DNA from: Octopus vulgaris
Taxonomy: Eukaryota
DNA: 64,000 nt
Direction: 5' to 3'
NCBI GenBank assembly: GCA_951406725.2
Contig: OX597817.1
Location: forward strand, 31,372,001-31,436,000
The translations under genes were made by a program, and so were the position numbers. Below are positions 39,644 through 52,890 of this stretch, in pieces. Below the pieces are notes generated by a model. That model did not search any database. It saw only the letters and a program-made list of their open reading frames with translations, and was not told the origin of the DNA. Numbering within the stretch: position 1 is the first letter of the stretch; each line of letters starts with the position of its first letter.

Positions 39644-40415
39644 TATATATCCTTATACATAGAGGTGTGTAGGTATATTCATATTTATATTGTGTGCATA
39701 TGTATGTATGAGGTTTTGTATGTATTTAGTAATGTGTATGCTTCTATGTAGATGTAAATACTGTTTTGGTTTCACAATTCATTTGGATAGAAAATATTTT
39801 GAGGTCTTCTGACCTTTACCCAAATTTGAAAATATTTTTGTTTAATACTATTTTTTAGTTTAATCTTCAGCTGTCTCTTTCCTTTTGAATTCATTTAAAT
39901 TATATTTTATTACATTTTTGTATGTACTTTTATATACTTTCTAAATTTAAAAAAAAATTTATATAACTACTTTGATTCCCCTCCTATTTCTTCCAGTCTT
40001 TTGTAAATATTGGGTATAGTCCATTCACTGAACGTAGATCAAACACCTTAAGCGACATGAAAAAAATATCTTTATCATTTATGTTTATTTTCAATAGCCA
40101 TATCAAGCTACATTCATCTAGTATCAGCCTTCCATACATTGTATATATAAAGAGTAAATTTTGGATGTTAAAGAATTGGTGTAGCCATGATGTTCTAGTG
40201 ATCTGATGAGCTAGCTTTCTTTATCTGTACTGATTTATAAATATACAAGCGTATTGTATAATGCGTAGCATGCACATTAGTGCAGACAAGTAAAATTATT
40301 TATTATACTCTGCAATTATTACTGTTCGTTAAAGCTGCAAGACGGTCATAATCCTAGGTATGACAAGCGGTTAAATAAATATATTCACCTCTCATACCTC
40401 CTGACATTTTAGGGC

Positions 40416-40489
<74 letters not shown>

Positions 40490-40494
<5 letters not shown>

Positions 40495-40608
40495 CAGACT
40501 TCTTTCAGTTTTCATCTACTAAATCCACACAAGGCTAACTTCAGCCCGGGGCTATAGTAGAACTCACTCGCCCATATGAACCCGGAACCATATGATACAG
40601 CCACCTAT
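40490..40608 (-). mobile_element. degenerate SINE A 5' part, next to (TG)n at 40418-40489
   Basis: CTTCTTTCAGTTT..GGGGCTATAGTAGAA..GAACCCGGAACCA. Confidence 0.7.
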
Positions 40609-40779
40609 ATATGTGGGGTGAGTGCGCGCGCACGCGTATATATGTGTACTATATGTGTATTTATATATATATATATGTGTGTGTGTGCGTGTGCGTGTGT
40701 GTGTGTGTATGTGTGCATATATATATATTATGTATATATACATGTATGTATGCATGTATACGTGTATGTATGCATGTAT

Positions 40780-40814
<35 letters not shown>

Positions 40815-41483
40815 AGAGGGAGAAATGGGGGTATCAAAGAGAGCAGTGGTCTTAGTAATAGTTTCGCGTAGGACAATGATGCTATTAGTGTTGGCGACGG
40901 TGTCCTAGAAGAGGTTTCGTGGATTTGAGGAAACTAGTAAATGCGTTAGTGGTGTCGTCGGCGGAGAGATTGTTGGCGTCGACGGTGGTTTATGCAGTGG
41001 TGGTGGTGGTGGATTTTGTGACGATGGTAGTGGAGGTGTTGCTGCTGCAGTGGTTATAGTGGTCGTGATTTTTGGCATTATATTTCAAATCTGTTCTGTA
41101 AAATAGTCCATGTGCCCTTGACAGCAGAAACTAGGTTTCTTTTTTTTAATTACATTATGTTTGAATTTATAGGTGGGATATTTTGTTTGCTTTTGTGCCA
41201 GCCAGTGTGTGTGTGCGCGTGTGTGTGTGTGTGTGTGTGTGTTTACGCGTGCTTATATAGATATGTGTAAGTGGGAGGTTGGTGTGGGGGAGAGTATGAA
41301 ATACATTGAAGAATATCTTGAATGAAAGCAAGTACGATTGTTATTGCATGTAATTTACTGTGTTGTGCGGATTACATTGAGAATTAACAATCCAACAAAA
41401 GTCTATACCAGAATAACATTTTCACAACATCTACTGTGACCGACTCGGTCACAGTAGATGTTGGTGTTGCTGTTGGCGCTATT

Positions 41484-41701
41484 ACTCTTTACTCTTTTAC
41501 TCTTTTACTTGTTTCAGTCATTTGACTGCGGCCATGCTGGAGCACCGCCTTTAGTCGAGCAAATCGATTCCGGGACTTATTCTTTGTAAGCCCAGTACTT
41601 ATTCTATCGGTCTCTTTTGCCGAACCGCTAAGTGACGGGGACGTAAACATACCAGCATCGGTTGTCAAGCAATGCTAGGGGGGACAAACACAGACACACA
41701 A

Positions 41702-41744
<43 letters not shown>

Positions 41745-41897
41745 CATATATACGACAGGCTTCTTTCAGTTTCCGTCTACCAAATCGGCCCGGAGCTATA
41801 GCAGAAGACACTTGCCCAAGATACCACGCAGTGGGACTGAACCCGGAACCATGTGGTTGGTAAGCAAGCTACTTACCACACAGCCACTCCTGCGCCT
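41484..41897 (-). mobile_element. SINE family A, near full length
   Basis: as the 23762 copy, with a small internal deletion. Confidence 0.92.
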
Positions 41898-42155
41898 TTT
41901 ATTACAAAATGTTTTGTGAAAATATTTAAACTGTGTCTTATTAGAGGATCGTTGGGTCATGATTGAGAATCTTTTCTACGTGTAGTCAAAACAACTGTCA
42001 TCACAATACGCTCATCGTTCTGTCTGCAATCAACACTGCATGCTGATAAAACATTTGTTTAGCTTTACTACGATGACACCACTAACAGCAATGAACCACA
42101 CCCTACTAACTGATCTCATCATTTTTGCAGACAGTTGGACTGTTTTAATCAAGTA

Positions 42156-42650
42156 TTGGGTTGTCCGGAAAGTTCGTGCCGATTTTTAAAGGAAAGAAAA
42201 AGGTTAATAAATACTTGCTATTACATTTTTAATCAACCAAATATCAACCATTTTGTTGCACAATGCGTCTCCATCTTTCCTTTAACTTGAAAATGCCCTC
42301 TTCCCAGAATTGAGGTCGGTTTTTTTTACGTCATCCAAGGAATTGAAATTTTTACCATTAAGACTATTCTGCAGAGATCTGAATAAGTGGAAATCCGAAG
42401 GAGCAATATCTGGTGAATATGGAAGGTGGGGTAACACATCCTAGCCGAGCTGCAACAATTTTTGTCTGGTTCGCAAAGCATCAAGTGCCGAAAATGAACT
42501 TTCTTATCTTCCATTTTAAAGGGTTACAGAATTAACACAGGTTATAGGAACATAAACCTTCTTCCACAAAAAGATAGCTTAAACTGTGCTCTAAATGGAG
42601 GTGGGATCAAATCCTATTTTATAGACTCAACCATGTTCTAAAATAACATT
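42156..42650 (-). mobile_element. internally deleted mariner element
   Basis: TA|TTGGGTTGTCCGGAAAGTT TIR; minus-strand PPSIF-region YSPDIAPSDFHLFRSLQNSL and ERWRRIV C-terminal motifs fused to N-terminal MEDKKVHFRH. Confidence 0.85.
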
Positions 42651-42804
42651 TTTTGTTGTTTTGTTTATTTATTGTGAATGTTAACATTTTTTTTTGTTTT
42701 GTTTATTTATTGTAAATGAAGTCCAGTGCCAATAAACTGACATACCTTTCGTATCGATCTATTGATCAGTTATGATGATTCTCAGTTGTTGTTGTTTTTG
42801 TTAT

Positions 42805-43000
42805 TGGCAGAATGGTTAGCACGCCGGGCAAAATGCTTAGCGGCATTTTGTCCGTCTTTACGTCCTGAGTTCAAATTCCGCCACGGTCGTCTTTGTCATT
42901 CATCCTTTCGGGGTCGATAAATTAAGTACCAGTGGAACATTGGGATCGACTAGTCCCCGATCCCCAAAATTTTAGGCCTTATGCCTATAATGGAAAGAAT
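42805..43000 (+). mobile_element. SINE family B short form with (TTA)n tail (43000-43206)
   Basis: TGGCAGAA.GTTAGCACGCCGGGC head, B box, central domain. Confidence 0.85.
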
Positions 43001-43003
43001 TAC

Positions 43004-43040
<37 letters not shown>

Positions 43041-43110
43041 GTTGTTGTTGTTGTTGTTGTTGTTGTTATCATCATCATTATTATTATTATTATTACTATT
43101 ATTATTATTA

Positions 43111-43193
<83 letters not shown>

Positions 43194-43206
43194 TATTATT
43201 ATTATT

Positions 43207-44238
43207 CAGTAGTTTTATTTTTATAGCGTGCTTTCACTTCACTACCGAGCGCAGCTCTGTGTGCCTTGGGTATGTGCTGTGATTTGTTGTGATGCTCTGA
43301 TGGTTATTGTATGGAAAGTGTTCTGCGTAGGATGTGTGCAGTGCCTAGTAGTGCAATTTTCTGTATGTTATATGTGTTTGTAAGTCCTGGTGTTTTTGTT
43401 ATGTATTTGTCTGAATATTTTTTTATCGTGCCTAATGCACCTACCATGATAGGAATTGTTTCTGTTTTTAGATTCCACATTCTAGTTACCTCTATTTCCA
43501 GGTCTTTGTATTTTGAGAGTTTCTCCAATTCTTTTAGAGACACGTTGTCATCTGCCGGTATTGATACATCAATTAGAAAGCATTTTTTTCTTCATGATCT
43601 CTGACAACTATATCTGGCCTGTTGGCCTTAATTTCTATATCTGTGTGTATCACCTTTTCTGGTGTGTGCCTATACCATCTTTTTTCTGTTGTTATTCCAT
43701 AATGTTGGCATAGCTTCCAATGTATGTAGGTTCCAAGTCTGTCATGTCTGTGAATATATTCCTTCTTAGCCAGGACTGGGCAGCTAGAGATAATATGATT
43801 TATTGTTTCTTGTCCATCTCCACATATTCTGCAGTTACTTGTTATATTTCTTTTCATTACATGTTTTAGGTAATTTCTGGTGGGGAGGCTTTGGTCTTGT
43901 GCTGCAATTAAAAATCCCTCTGTTTCTGCTTTGAGTCCTGAGCTTCTCAACCATTGCTGTGATTTTTCTTTGTCTATTTCTTTTGCGTTTAGTTTAGCCC
44001 AGTATTTACCATGAAGGGGCTTTTCTTGCCATCGTTTTATCATGGTTCGTTGCTGTTCTATTTTTAGTTTGGATTTCATTTGTTTTATAGCTTTTGTTGT
44101 TTCTTCATCTTCTTCTTCTTCTTCTTCTTCATATTTATTAGGTGGTATGATTTTTTGTTTGTATTTGTCAGCTTCCTTAAATACTGAGAACAGTTTTTTG
44201 TTTTGCTCGTGTTTTGCCGCTATTTGTATCAGTTTTCC
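43207..44238 (-). mobile_element. 5'-truncated R4/Dong-like non-LTR retrotransposon (REL endonuclease)
   Basis: KPLHG, ETEGFLIAAQDQ, CRIC..H..C zinc knuckle, RHD, RPDIV, KYKDL; flanked on both sides by (TTA)n; frameshifted. Confidence 0.92.
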
Positions 44239-44296
<58 letters not shown>

Positions 44297-44329
44297 GGAG
44301 GTGACCGGATAAAAAAATTAGCGCTTTGG

Positions 44330-45270
44330 GGCAAAAGTTCTCTCAAATTTCAAGATTCTTAGGATTCTTACAGAATGCAGAGTGACACTTTTCTATATGA
44401 CGACTATACGCTTCTCAATTCCAATATCATTCAGCTCTTAAGTTGTAGCTGAGCATGCACGAGTTACCACATGAACGGCAATCTCTTCATCTTTGTGGTT
44501 TAGTCTGGATGTTTCTCGAGTTTCTCAATTTCTTTGTTATCCATTCTACAATCATATTGGATTGTAAATTAGTCTTAGACTGCTTCCTCTTTATTAATCT
44601 ACGAACTTATCTGGTTTTCTTACCTCCATAGTATGGTTATTCTGTGTGAGAAAATCCCATAAAATCGTGTAATTATAATGTTTATATCGACTCGTATTCA
44701 CACCCATTTCTCATCTTTTCAGACCCAAAGACGTGGCTAAAAAATCCATGGACCTTTACCGACATTGCAACATCTTTGTTTATTCTCTTTTTACGCTACC
44801 TTACTTCACTCGCTTAGCAGATGATTAATATTTTCGTCCGTATTTCTATACATTCATAATTTTTCTATCTAAATAGTCATTCCATTTACTTATTTCTATT
44901 CTTGAAATCTTTCATTTTTTAATTGATTTCTTCGATATTTCTGGCTGCAGATAATAGTCTATCCTCACAATGCACAACATAGTTAATTTTTGAAAACCAA
45001 AATGATAGATTTTTCTGCATTCAACAAACCTCTAAATCATAACTTCCTTTGTCAGAAGTACCTGTCGACATTACTTTCAGGTTGATGTACGTCTTGCATT
45101 GTGAGTAGTTTTCTAGTTCTTCCATCCAATTCTTGTAGCTCTGTGTTCGTCCACTTAAGCAAAATAGTAGAGTGTCTCAACACTCAGACGACCCACATAT
45201 CCATTGCCTTACTTCCAGTTAGTGTTGTTTCTAAGCCTCATCTTGTACCTTTCGAGACGTTCCCTTTTAT
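44330..45270 (-). mobile_element. older, highly degenerate R4/Dong-like element
   Basis: minus-strand WTNTELQELDGRTRKLLTMQDVHQPESNVDR and ILWDF..RKPD..KEIEKLEK. Confidence 0.75.
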
Positions 45271-45284
45271 TTCCCTTTATTTCT

Positions 45285-45690
45285 ATAATCCAGCGGCACT
45301 CCCATCATTTCGATATCGATAAAATAAGTACCAGTTGAGTAGTGGCGTCGATGCAGTCGACTTACTCGCTCCCCTGAAATTTGTGGCCTTATGCCAAAAT
45401 TTGAACCCTTTACTACAATTATTATCATCATAATCATCATTTTTATTAATGCGGTGAGCTGGCAGAATCGTTAGCACGTCGGGCAAATTTCTTAGCGCCA
45501 CTTCGTCCGTCTTCACGTTTTCAGTTCAAGTTCCGTCGAGGTCGACTTTACCTTGCATCCTTTTGGGCTCAATGAAATAAGCACTAGATAAGTATTGAAG
45601 TCGATGTAATCGACTAGCTCCCTCCCCAAGATTTCATGCCTTGTGCCTTTAATAGAAAGGATTATTATTATTATTATTATTATTATTACA
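45285..45690 (+). mobile_element. two degenerate short-form SINE B copies
   Basis: central domain and head GCGGTGAGCTGGCAGAATCGTTAGC at 45450. Confidence 0.8.
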
Positions 45691-46184
45691 AACCATATAG
45701 AGTTTCATGGTTAAATATAACAATAGCAATATAGATATGTTATGTGGATGATCATATACTGTATTGAGTTCGTTTTTCTTTTAACAAATTGTGTTGGTCG
45801 TCCAGCAGGGTTTCCAAACAGGTAAAAAGACAAAAAATTGTTTTGCATACTATAACAACAATGATCACTGTGCAGTATTTCACTTTTTTAATGAAATCTT
45901 TTTCTCCAATTTCTAACGTTATTTTATTTTCCGTTGGCAAATCTATTGAATTGAAAAAAATGTTCATTAATTTGTACAAGAAACTGAATCCATTTTTACT
46001 GTTGTTGATCTTTTTCTTTGTTTAAATGTTCCTTCATTTGTGATTAGCAATTTTCAAAAGCAACAGCCGCAAATGTCTGCTAATATTTTCGACGCCATGC
46101 AGTACCAATACAGAATATTACGTTGGTTTCAAAGGGACAAACAAAGCGGTTAATATAGATATATATTCAAACATTAGAATAAGT

Positions 46185-46512
46185 CATAGCTTTCAGCTAC
46201 AAACTATCATCTTTTAAATTAATCTTTTCAGCTGTAAAATAAACTAACACGTAATAACTTAATCCTTTCAATTTTAAACCAACAGCCAATACCATAATCC
46301 TTCCGGCTATAATGCAACATTCAATAAGTTCATTTATTATTTTCTGTTATAAACTAACATACACTCACTTTATTCTTTCAGTTAGAAAGCAAAACCCAAT
46401 GACATAATCCTTTCAACTACAAACCAATATTCAATAAGTGAACCCATTCTGCTATAAACGAACAGGAAGCCAGCTCATCTATTTAACTATAAACCAACAT
46501 TTATTGGGTTTA
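46185..46512. repeat. degenerate 35-bp minisatellite, about nine units
   Basis: AATCCTTTCAGCTATAAACCAACA core at 46221, 46261, 46296, 46371, 46406, 46441 and 46476. Confidence 0.8.
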
Positions 46513-46816
46513 TAAATCCTTTTATGACACGTTAGGGTCATTAGAAAAGTTTTGTCTCTCCATTGTGTTGAGAGGATAAGTGGTAAATTTTATTTCGGTC
46601 AAAATTTTAATTCGGTCAAAATTTTATTTCGCTGCATTTCATGTATTCCCTCGCATTTCATTTGTCTGCAACGCTGATGGGAAAAAGGAAGTTTGAGTTA
46701 TTTTGACACTAAGTTAAACAAACACTGGCTATGAGAGTAGAAAGTGTGTCTGGACAGTTATTTGTGTGAATGCTTCGAAAAAAGACTTGCTCAAGGAATA
46801 TGAAATTACCCTTTCT

Positions 46817-47030
46817 GCGGCGAGCTGACAGAATCGTTAGCGTGCTAGATAAAAATGCTTAGTAGCATTTCATCTAACTTTACGTTCTGAGTTCAAATTC
46901 CACCGAGGTTGACTTTGCCTTTTATCCTTTCGGAGTCGATAAAAAAGTACCAGTGAAACACTGGGGTCGATGTTATCGACTAGTCCTCTCCCCGCAAATT
47001 CCAGGCCTTGTGCTTTTAGTCGAAAGGATT
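46817..47030 (+). mobile_element. SINE family B short form with (TTA)n tail
   Basis: head GCGGCGAGCTGACAGAATCGTTAGC. Confidence 0.87.
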
Positions 47031-47057
47031 ATTATTATTATTATTATTATTATTATA

Positions 47058-47090
<33 letters not shown>

Positions 47091-47093
<3 letters not shown>

Positions 47094-47310
47094 TAGTTTT
47101 ATTTTTATAGCGTGCTTTCACTTCACTACCGAGCGCAGCTCTGTGTGCCTTGGGTATGTGCTGTGATTTGTTGTGATGCTCTGATGGTTATTGTATGGAA
47201 AGTGTTCTGCGTAGGATGTGTGCAGTGCCTAGTAGTGCAATTTTCTGTATGTTATATGTGTTTGTAAGTCCTGGTGTTTTTGTTATGTATTTGTCTGAAT
47301 ATTTTTTTAT
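47091..47310 (-). mobile_element. short 3' fragment of R4/Dong-like element in (TTA)n
   Basis: essentially identical to 43207-43425. Confidence 0.92.
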
Positions 47311-47371
47311 TATTATTATTATTATTGTTATTATTATTATTATTATTATTATTAATATTATTACTACTAAG

Positions 47372-47810
47372 AAGGCGGTGAGCCGGTAGAATCGTTAGCA
47401 CGTAGGACGAAATTCTCAGCGGTATTTCGCCCGTCTTCACGATCTGTGTTTAAATTCTGTCGAGGTCAACTTTGCTTTTCGTCCCTTCGGAGTCGATAAA
47501 TTAAGTACCAGCGAAACACGATCGTCGATGTAAACGACTGTCCCCCTCCCCAAAATTTCATGCTTTGTGCCTATAGAAAAAAGGATTATTATTATTATTA
47601 CTGAGCTAGCAGAATCGTTAGATCGTCAGAAAAAATGCTTTCGGGGCGTTTACGATCTGAGTTCAAATTCCGCCGAGGTCAACTTGGCTTTTCATCCTTT
47701 CGAGGTCCATAAACTAAGGTACGAATCAAGTACTGGGATCGATGTAATCGACTTGCTTTATATCCTCAAAATGAGTGAAACTAAGCCAAAATTTGATACA
47801 ATTGTTATTA
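47372..47810 (+). mobile_element. two degenerate short-form SINE B copies
   Basis: heads at ~47372 and ~47602. Confidence 0.8.
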
Positions 47811-47968
47811 TAAACGAACTTTAGGTTAGTTGAATTGTTTATGACATTTTAACTTCTAAATATAAATTCACTCCAGTTTTCCGTGGAAAAATATTCTCAC
47901 TTGAGGTATTAGTAACTGACCAGTCGGTCCGTGGGCGCAATCAATTACTAATATCGATTGTTCTATGA

Positions 47969-48245
47969 TAAAATTGCTGCTTTATAATCTGCTCAGAGGT
48001 ATCTTTCTTCGGTATATCCGACTAAGATAGGCTTAGGCTCTAGAAACGCGCCAAGACGTCCGCTATGAGGTGACACTAAGCAGATAGGATGTTCTCGATA
48101 AACTACAGCGAAGTTGCCTTTAGAAGTAAAATTGCTGCTTTATAATCTGCTCAGAGGTATCTTTCTTCGGTATATCCGACTAAGATAGGCTTAGGCTCTA
48201 GAAACGCGCCAAGACGTCCGCTATGAGGTGACACTAAGCAGATAG
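47969..48245. repeat. exact 119-bp direct duplication (47969-48087 / 48127-48245)
   Basis: direct reading. Confidence 0.93.
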
Positions 48246-49190
48246 TGAGTTCAAATTCCGCCGAGGTCGACTTTACCTTTCATCCTTTCGGGGTCGATAA
48301 ATTAAGTACCAGTTAAGCACTGGGGTCGATATAATCGACTTAATACCTATGTCTGTCCATGTTTGTCCCCTCTATGTTCAGCCCCTTGTGGGTAATAAAG
48401 AAATAGGTATTTCTCCCGTCGCTACGTTCTGAGTTCAAATTCTGCCGAGGTCGACTTTGCCTTTCATCCTTTCGGGGTCGATTAAATAAGTACCAGTTAC
48501 GCACTGGGGTCGATGTAATCGATTTAATCCGTTTGTCTGTCCATGTTTGTCCCATCTGTGTTTAGCCCCTTGTGGGTAGTAAAGAAATAGGTATTTCGTC
48601 TGCCGCTACGTTCTGAGTTCAGATTCCTCCGAGGTCGACTTAGCCTTTCATCCTTTCAGGGTCGATTAAATAAGTACCAGTTACGCACTGGGGTCGATAT
48701 AATCGACTTAATCCGTTTGTCTGTCCTTGTTTGTCCCATCTGTGTGTAGCCCCTTGAGGGCAGTAAAGAAATAGGTATTTCTCCCGTTGCTACGTTCTGA
48801 GTTCAAGTTCCACCGATGTCGGCTATGCCTTTCACCCTTTCGGGGTCGATAAATTTTAAGTACCAATTGAGAACTGGGGTCGATGTAATCGACTTAACCC
48901 TTCCCCACAGATTTCAGGCTTTGTGCCTATAGTAGAAAGGATTACTATTATCATTACGAAAGCGGCGAGCTGGCAGAATCGTTAGCACACCGGGCAAAAT
49001 GCTTAGCAGTATTTCGCCCGTCTTTACATTCTAAGTTCAAATTCCGCCAAGTTCATCCTTTGCTTTTCATCCTTTCAGAGTCAATAAATTAAATACCAGT
49101 GAAACACTGGAGTAGATATAATCGACTAGTCCCCTGCCACAAAATTTCAGGCCCTGTGTCTATAGTAGAAAGGCTTATTATTATCATTAC
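48246..49190 (+). mobile_element. headless four-unit SINE B followed by a short-form SINE B (48962-49190)
   Basis: units at ~48246, 48406, 48590 and 48774. Confidence 0.9.
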
Positions 49191-49852
49191 GTCGCCGAAT
49201 TCTTGGTGTTTGGATAACTCCAATTTGCTTATAGATTACAATGCACCTGATACTTTTAATTTATCTAGTTGTAATCGACCAAACATTTGTTTATAATCCT
49301 ATATTCCATTCATTGGTACACGCATACGTGTGAGTATGCACTCAAGTAGAATGTTGGACATAATTAAGTCAGCTCTGATACATGTTACGACTTTTCTATT
49401 TAATTAAATTATAACTAATTATTCATGTTATTAAAAAGGTTAAAGCATTTAGATTCCTTTAGGCTGGAAACGTAATTAATAAAAAATATATTAATAAGGT
49501 GAATTTTCTAGTTTCACATAGTCATGTGGCTTTATATATCAGCGCTTAAACTGGTGGGTAAGAGACACTTTTGCTTCTCTTACTCACACAATACACTCAC
49601 GCACGCACAAATGTCCAACTCGATCAACTTAAATGAAGTATGTTTTCGCATGTGTATCACTGTAAATTATCAGAAGTGATTTTCGTAATTATAGAAAATA
49701 AATGAATACAGAATTTGGCTTTCTTTGTTCTGGCTTTTAAGGTTGTAATATTTTTTTTCTACTTAGCATTCCGAATTTTTTACATCCAAGGCTTTTTTTT
49801 TTTTTTCTTTTTTGGTCGCCATATCTAGGATTGTATATCTAGGCAAAATATG

Positions 49853-50263
49853 AATATTCTTTTCTGCTCTAGGCACAAGGCCCGAAATTCTTTTGGGTGG
49901 GGTACATTCGATTAGATCGACCCCAGTGCGCAACTTGTACTTAATTTATCGGCCCCGAAAGAATGAAAGGCAAAGTTGAGCTCGGTGGAATTTGAACTCA
50001 GAACGTAACGGCAGACGAAATACCTATTTCTATTTCTTTACTACCCACAAGGGACTAAACACAGAGAAGGCAAATAAGGACAGGCAAACGGATTAAGTCG
50101 ATTATATCGACCCCAGTGCGTAACTGGTACTTAATTTATCGACTCCGAAAGGAAGAAAGGCAAAGTCGACCTCGGCAGAATTTGAACTCAGAACATAGCG
50201 GCAGACGAAATACTGCTAAGCATTTCGCCCGGCGTGCTAACGTTTCTGCCAGCTCGCCACCTT
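49853..50263 (-). mobile_element. SINE family B, two units
   Basis: head ending at ~50262. Confidence 0.9.
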
Positions 50264-50599
50264 AGACGAATTGAAATATTATTGGAGTAAGACATCAGAA
50301 CATGAGGGCATCAATCTGTATATTTATTATTAACTCTGGCATCCTTAAGTTTTAAGTAATAATATTAAGTTTAAGACATGCCCCACAAAATTAACTAGAA
50401 CACTGTTTTTGTAATTATTTTGCAAGTTTTCAAGAAGAAAATTAGAATCGGGGAATCAATAGTTAATAGTTTAGTGTGGTACAAGCAAGATTCGTTGTTA
50501 CTAAAACCCATTTATAATTAACAGTTCTTACTCTGTTGCGAATTAGTATCTAATTCTACTGTGTCAGAAAATGTATTGACCAGAAATACTACCAACCTG

Positions 50600-50830
50600 A
50601 TTAATTCTATCATTATGGTATCTTTTTGTCTAGCCAATTCTTATATATATAGTAGAATGGTTTGGTCTCTTAGCAAAGCTGATGTATGATTTGAACAAAG
50701 AGGCTATGTAAAAACAACTTCTCAAAATACTCTCCTAAAATTTAAGTTTCTTAATTGCAGAAATATATTATACATAGATGAAACTAGTTTCTTTGATGCA
50801 GCTATGTGAATATTTTAGTTTTAATCATCT
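50600..50830 (+). mobile_element. possible pogo/Tigger transposase relic
   Basis: ILYIDETSFF resembles IFNxDETGLF; only one weak motif. Confidence 0.3.
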
Positions 50831-51332
50831 GTGCGTTGATAATTAATTCAATAAAAGAAGCATAGCAATAATTTAAACATTAGAAATTAATAGAAAAGTG
50901 AGTTAAGAGAAATAACTGAAATATACTAAAGTCATGAAATTTGATAATTAAGTCGAAGAAAATCTTAATTTATTGAAATTTCTTTTCTTTGGAAGGCGAC
51001 AAAAATCTAATGGAAATTTTTGGAGACTCCCATGAGAAACTCAAGAAATAAGAAAATTAATCTTTCACAGTTAATTTACATAATTAGAAAAAGAAAATAT
51101 TTACAGAAGGGAGACAACTATCAACATGTTTCTATCTATCAGACGTCATCAATATGATATAAAATAACCAAGCTAAGTATTAAAACGTATGCCTCAAATT
51201 TATAACAAATATTAGATATCATTGATATACTTAATGTAATTCCTTTAATCTCTGAGGTCACTACGGTTTTTTCCCCATTAAATCAAACTAACGATGTAGT
51301 CTCTATGAGTTCTCCTGATCTGTTAGGATTGG

Positions 51333-51570
51333 CTCTCTTTTTCTCTTTACTCTCTTTTATTTGTTTCAGTCATTTGACTGTGGCCATGCTGGAGCACCGC
51401 CTTTAGTCGAGAAAATCGACCACATGACTTATTCTTTGTAAGCCTCGTACTTATTCTATCGCTTTCTTTTGCCAAACCGCTAAGTTACGGGGACGTAAAC
51501 ACACCAGCATCGGTTGTCAAGCGATGTTGGGGGGGGACAAACGCAGACGCACAAACATATACACACACTT

Positions 51571-51603
<33 letters not shown>

Positions 51604-51761
51604 CGACGGGCTTCTTTCAGTTTCCGTCGACCTAATCCACTCACAAGGCTTTGGTCGACCCGAGGCTATAGTAGAAGACATTTGCCCAAGGTGCCATACA
51701 ATGGGACTGAACCCGGAACCATGTGGTTGGTAAGCAAGCTACTTACCACACAGCCACTCCT
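51333..51761 (-). mobile_element. SINE family A, full length
   Basis: as the other family A copies. Confidence 0.92.
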
Positions 51762-52464
51762 ACCAAATTTCCTTCTAATTTAACTCAAACATCTTAAAAA
51801 TGAATGAGTAAATGAGAAAACTAAATCTTTGGAGCACCTTCATTTGTTCAACTACCTACCTGCATATCATAAAGCCGATAAATCAGAAATGATATGGAAC
51901 CGTACTGCAACAGACTTATTGCATATTCTCAATAGGGATTTTGATGACGTGGATTTTCCTTGGAAATATTTTATTTTTGTAATGCATGCTCACAGCAAGT
52001 CATCACAAGTTTCTCAAACTTCCGTTTTGAGATATGTTTTATTTATTTATTATTCTGAATGGTTTCATTCAGTTTGTCTTTCATTTCATAGGTTATGAAG
52101 ATGGCGACAAGAGTTTTTCTAATATTCCAGAATTTTCCTTAATGACGTGCAAGATAATAAAATATCCGAATGACTCAGTCGGATGAAAAGATTGATGGAT
52201 TCATATCTCATTAATCTCGGTGAATCAAACACTGAAATCATACTATTCTCTCATAAATATTTCCAACACTTCTTGTATAACCATGGTATGTTTGTGAAAT
52301 CTGATAAAATCTCTCGTTTCGTAAATCGTGCAAAATATCTGGGCATCCATTAAGACGTGGTACAGAATTTCAACGATTATATCAAGATTTACTGCTGTCG
52401 TTATCTCTATCTTAGGATAACTGGGAGCCTCACGAGACGGCAGGAGGGCTTTTATATGATTCTT

Positions 52465-52890
52465 GTTATTGTTCTTGTTATTTAGCCCCAAGTTAATTGT
52501 GACTGAACAAATCTAAGATCAAAGTTATTCCATTCATGACAACTCATCTAAGTGCTGAGAACCCACTATCATATTAACCGATGTGTCATTTTTAAGATGG
52601 TAGACTGTGATTTGAAAGAGATTTGGCAGCTATTTTAGCAGACCACGCTTAAAGGCTTCTTCGTTGACTCGCCTTTACAGGGTAATTCAACAAGAGAGAA
52701 ATATCAGCTGAATCTTCCTCAAATCACATTCCGGTTTCTTAAAAAGAGGGGGGGGGGGGAGGTTTAAATATTGTAGTATGTGTAGATAATATATCGACAA
52801 CAGGATGGTCAAGACTGGAATTCTTTTCAGCATAAATCTGCTTGACCATTTTTGCCATGGAGATAAATAAAAGCAATAGCACCAAAAACA
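52465..52890. mobile_element. old palindromic/foldback repeat (family D); related fragments near 10750, 17185, 25980, 28550 and 58100
   Basis: TGTGATTTGAAAGAGATTTGGCAGCTATTT versus AAATATCAGCTGAATCTTCCTCAAATCACA in inverted orientation. Confidence 0.65.

Noticed and set aside
46185-46512. Repeat-spacer pattern resembling CRISPR
   Set aside because: Eukaryotic context, degenerate repeats, ~11-bp related linkers, no cas genes.
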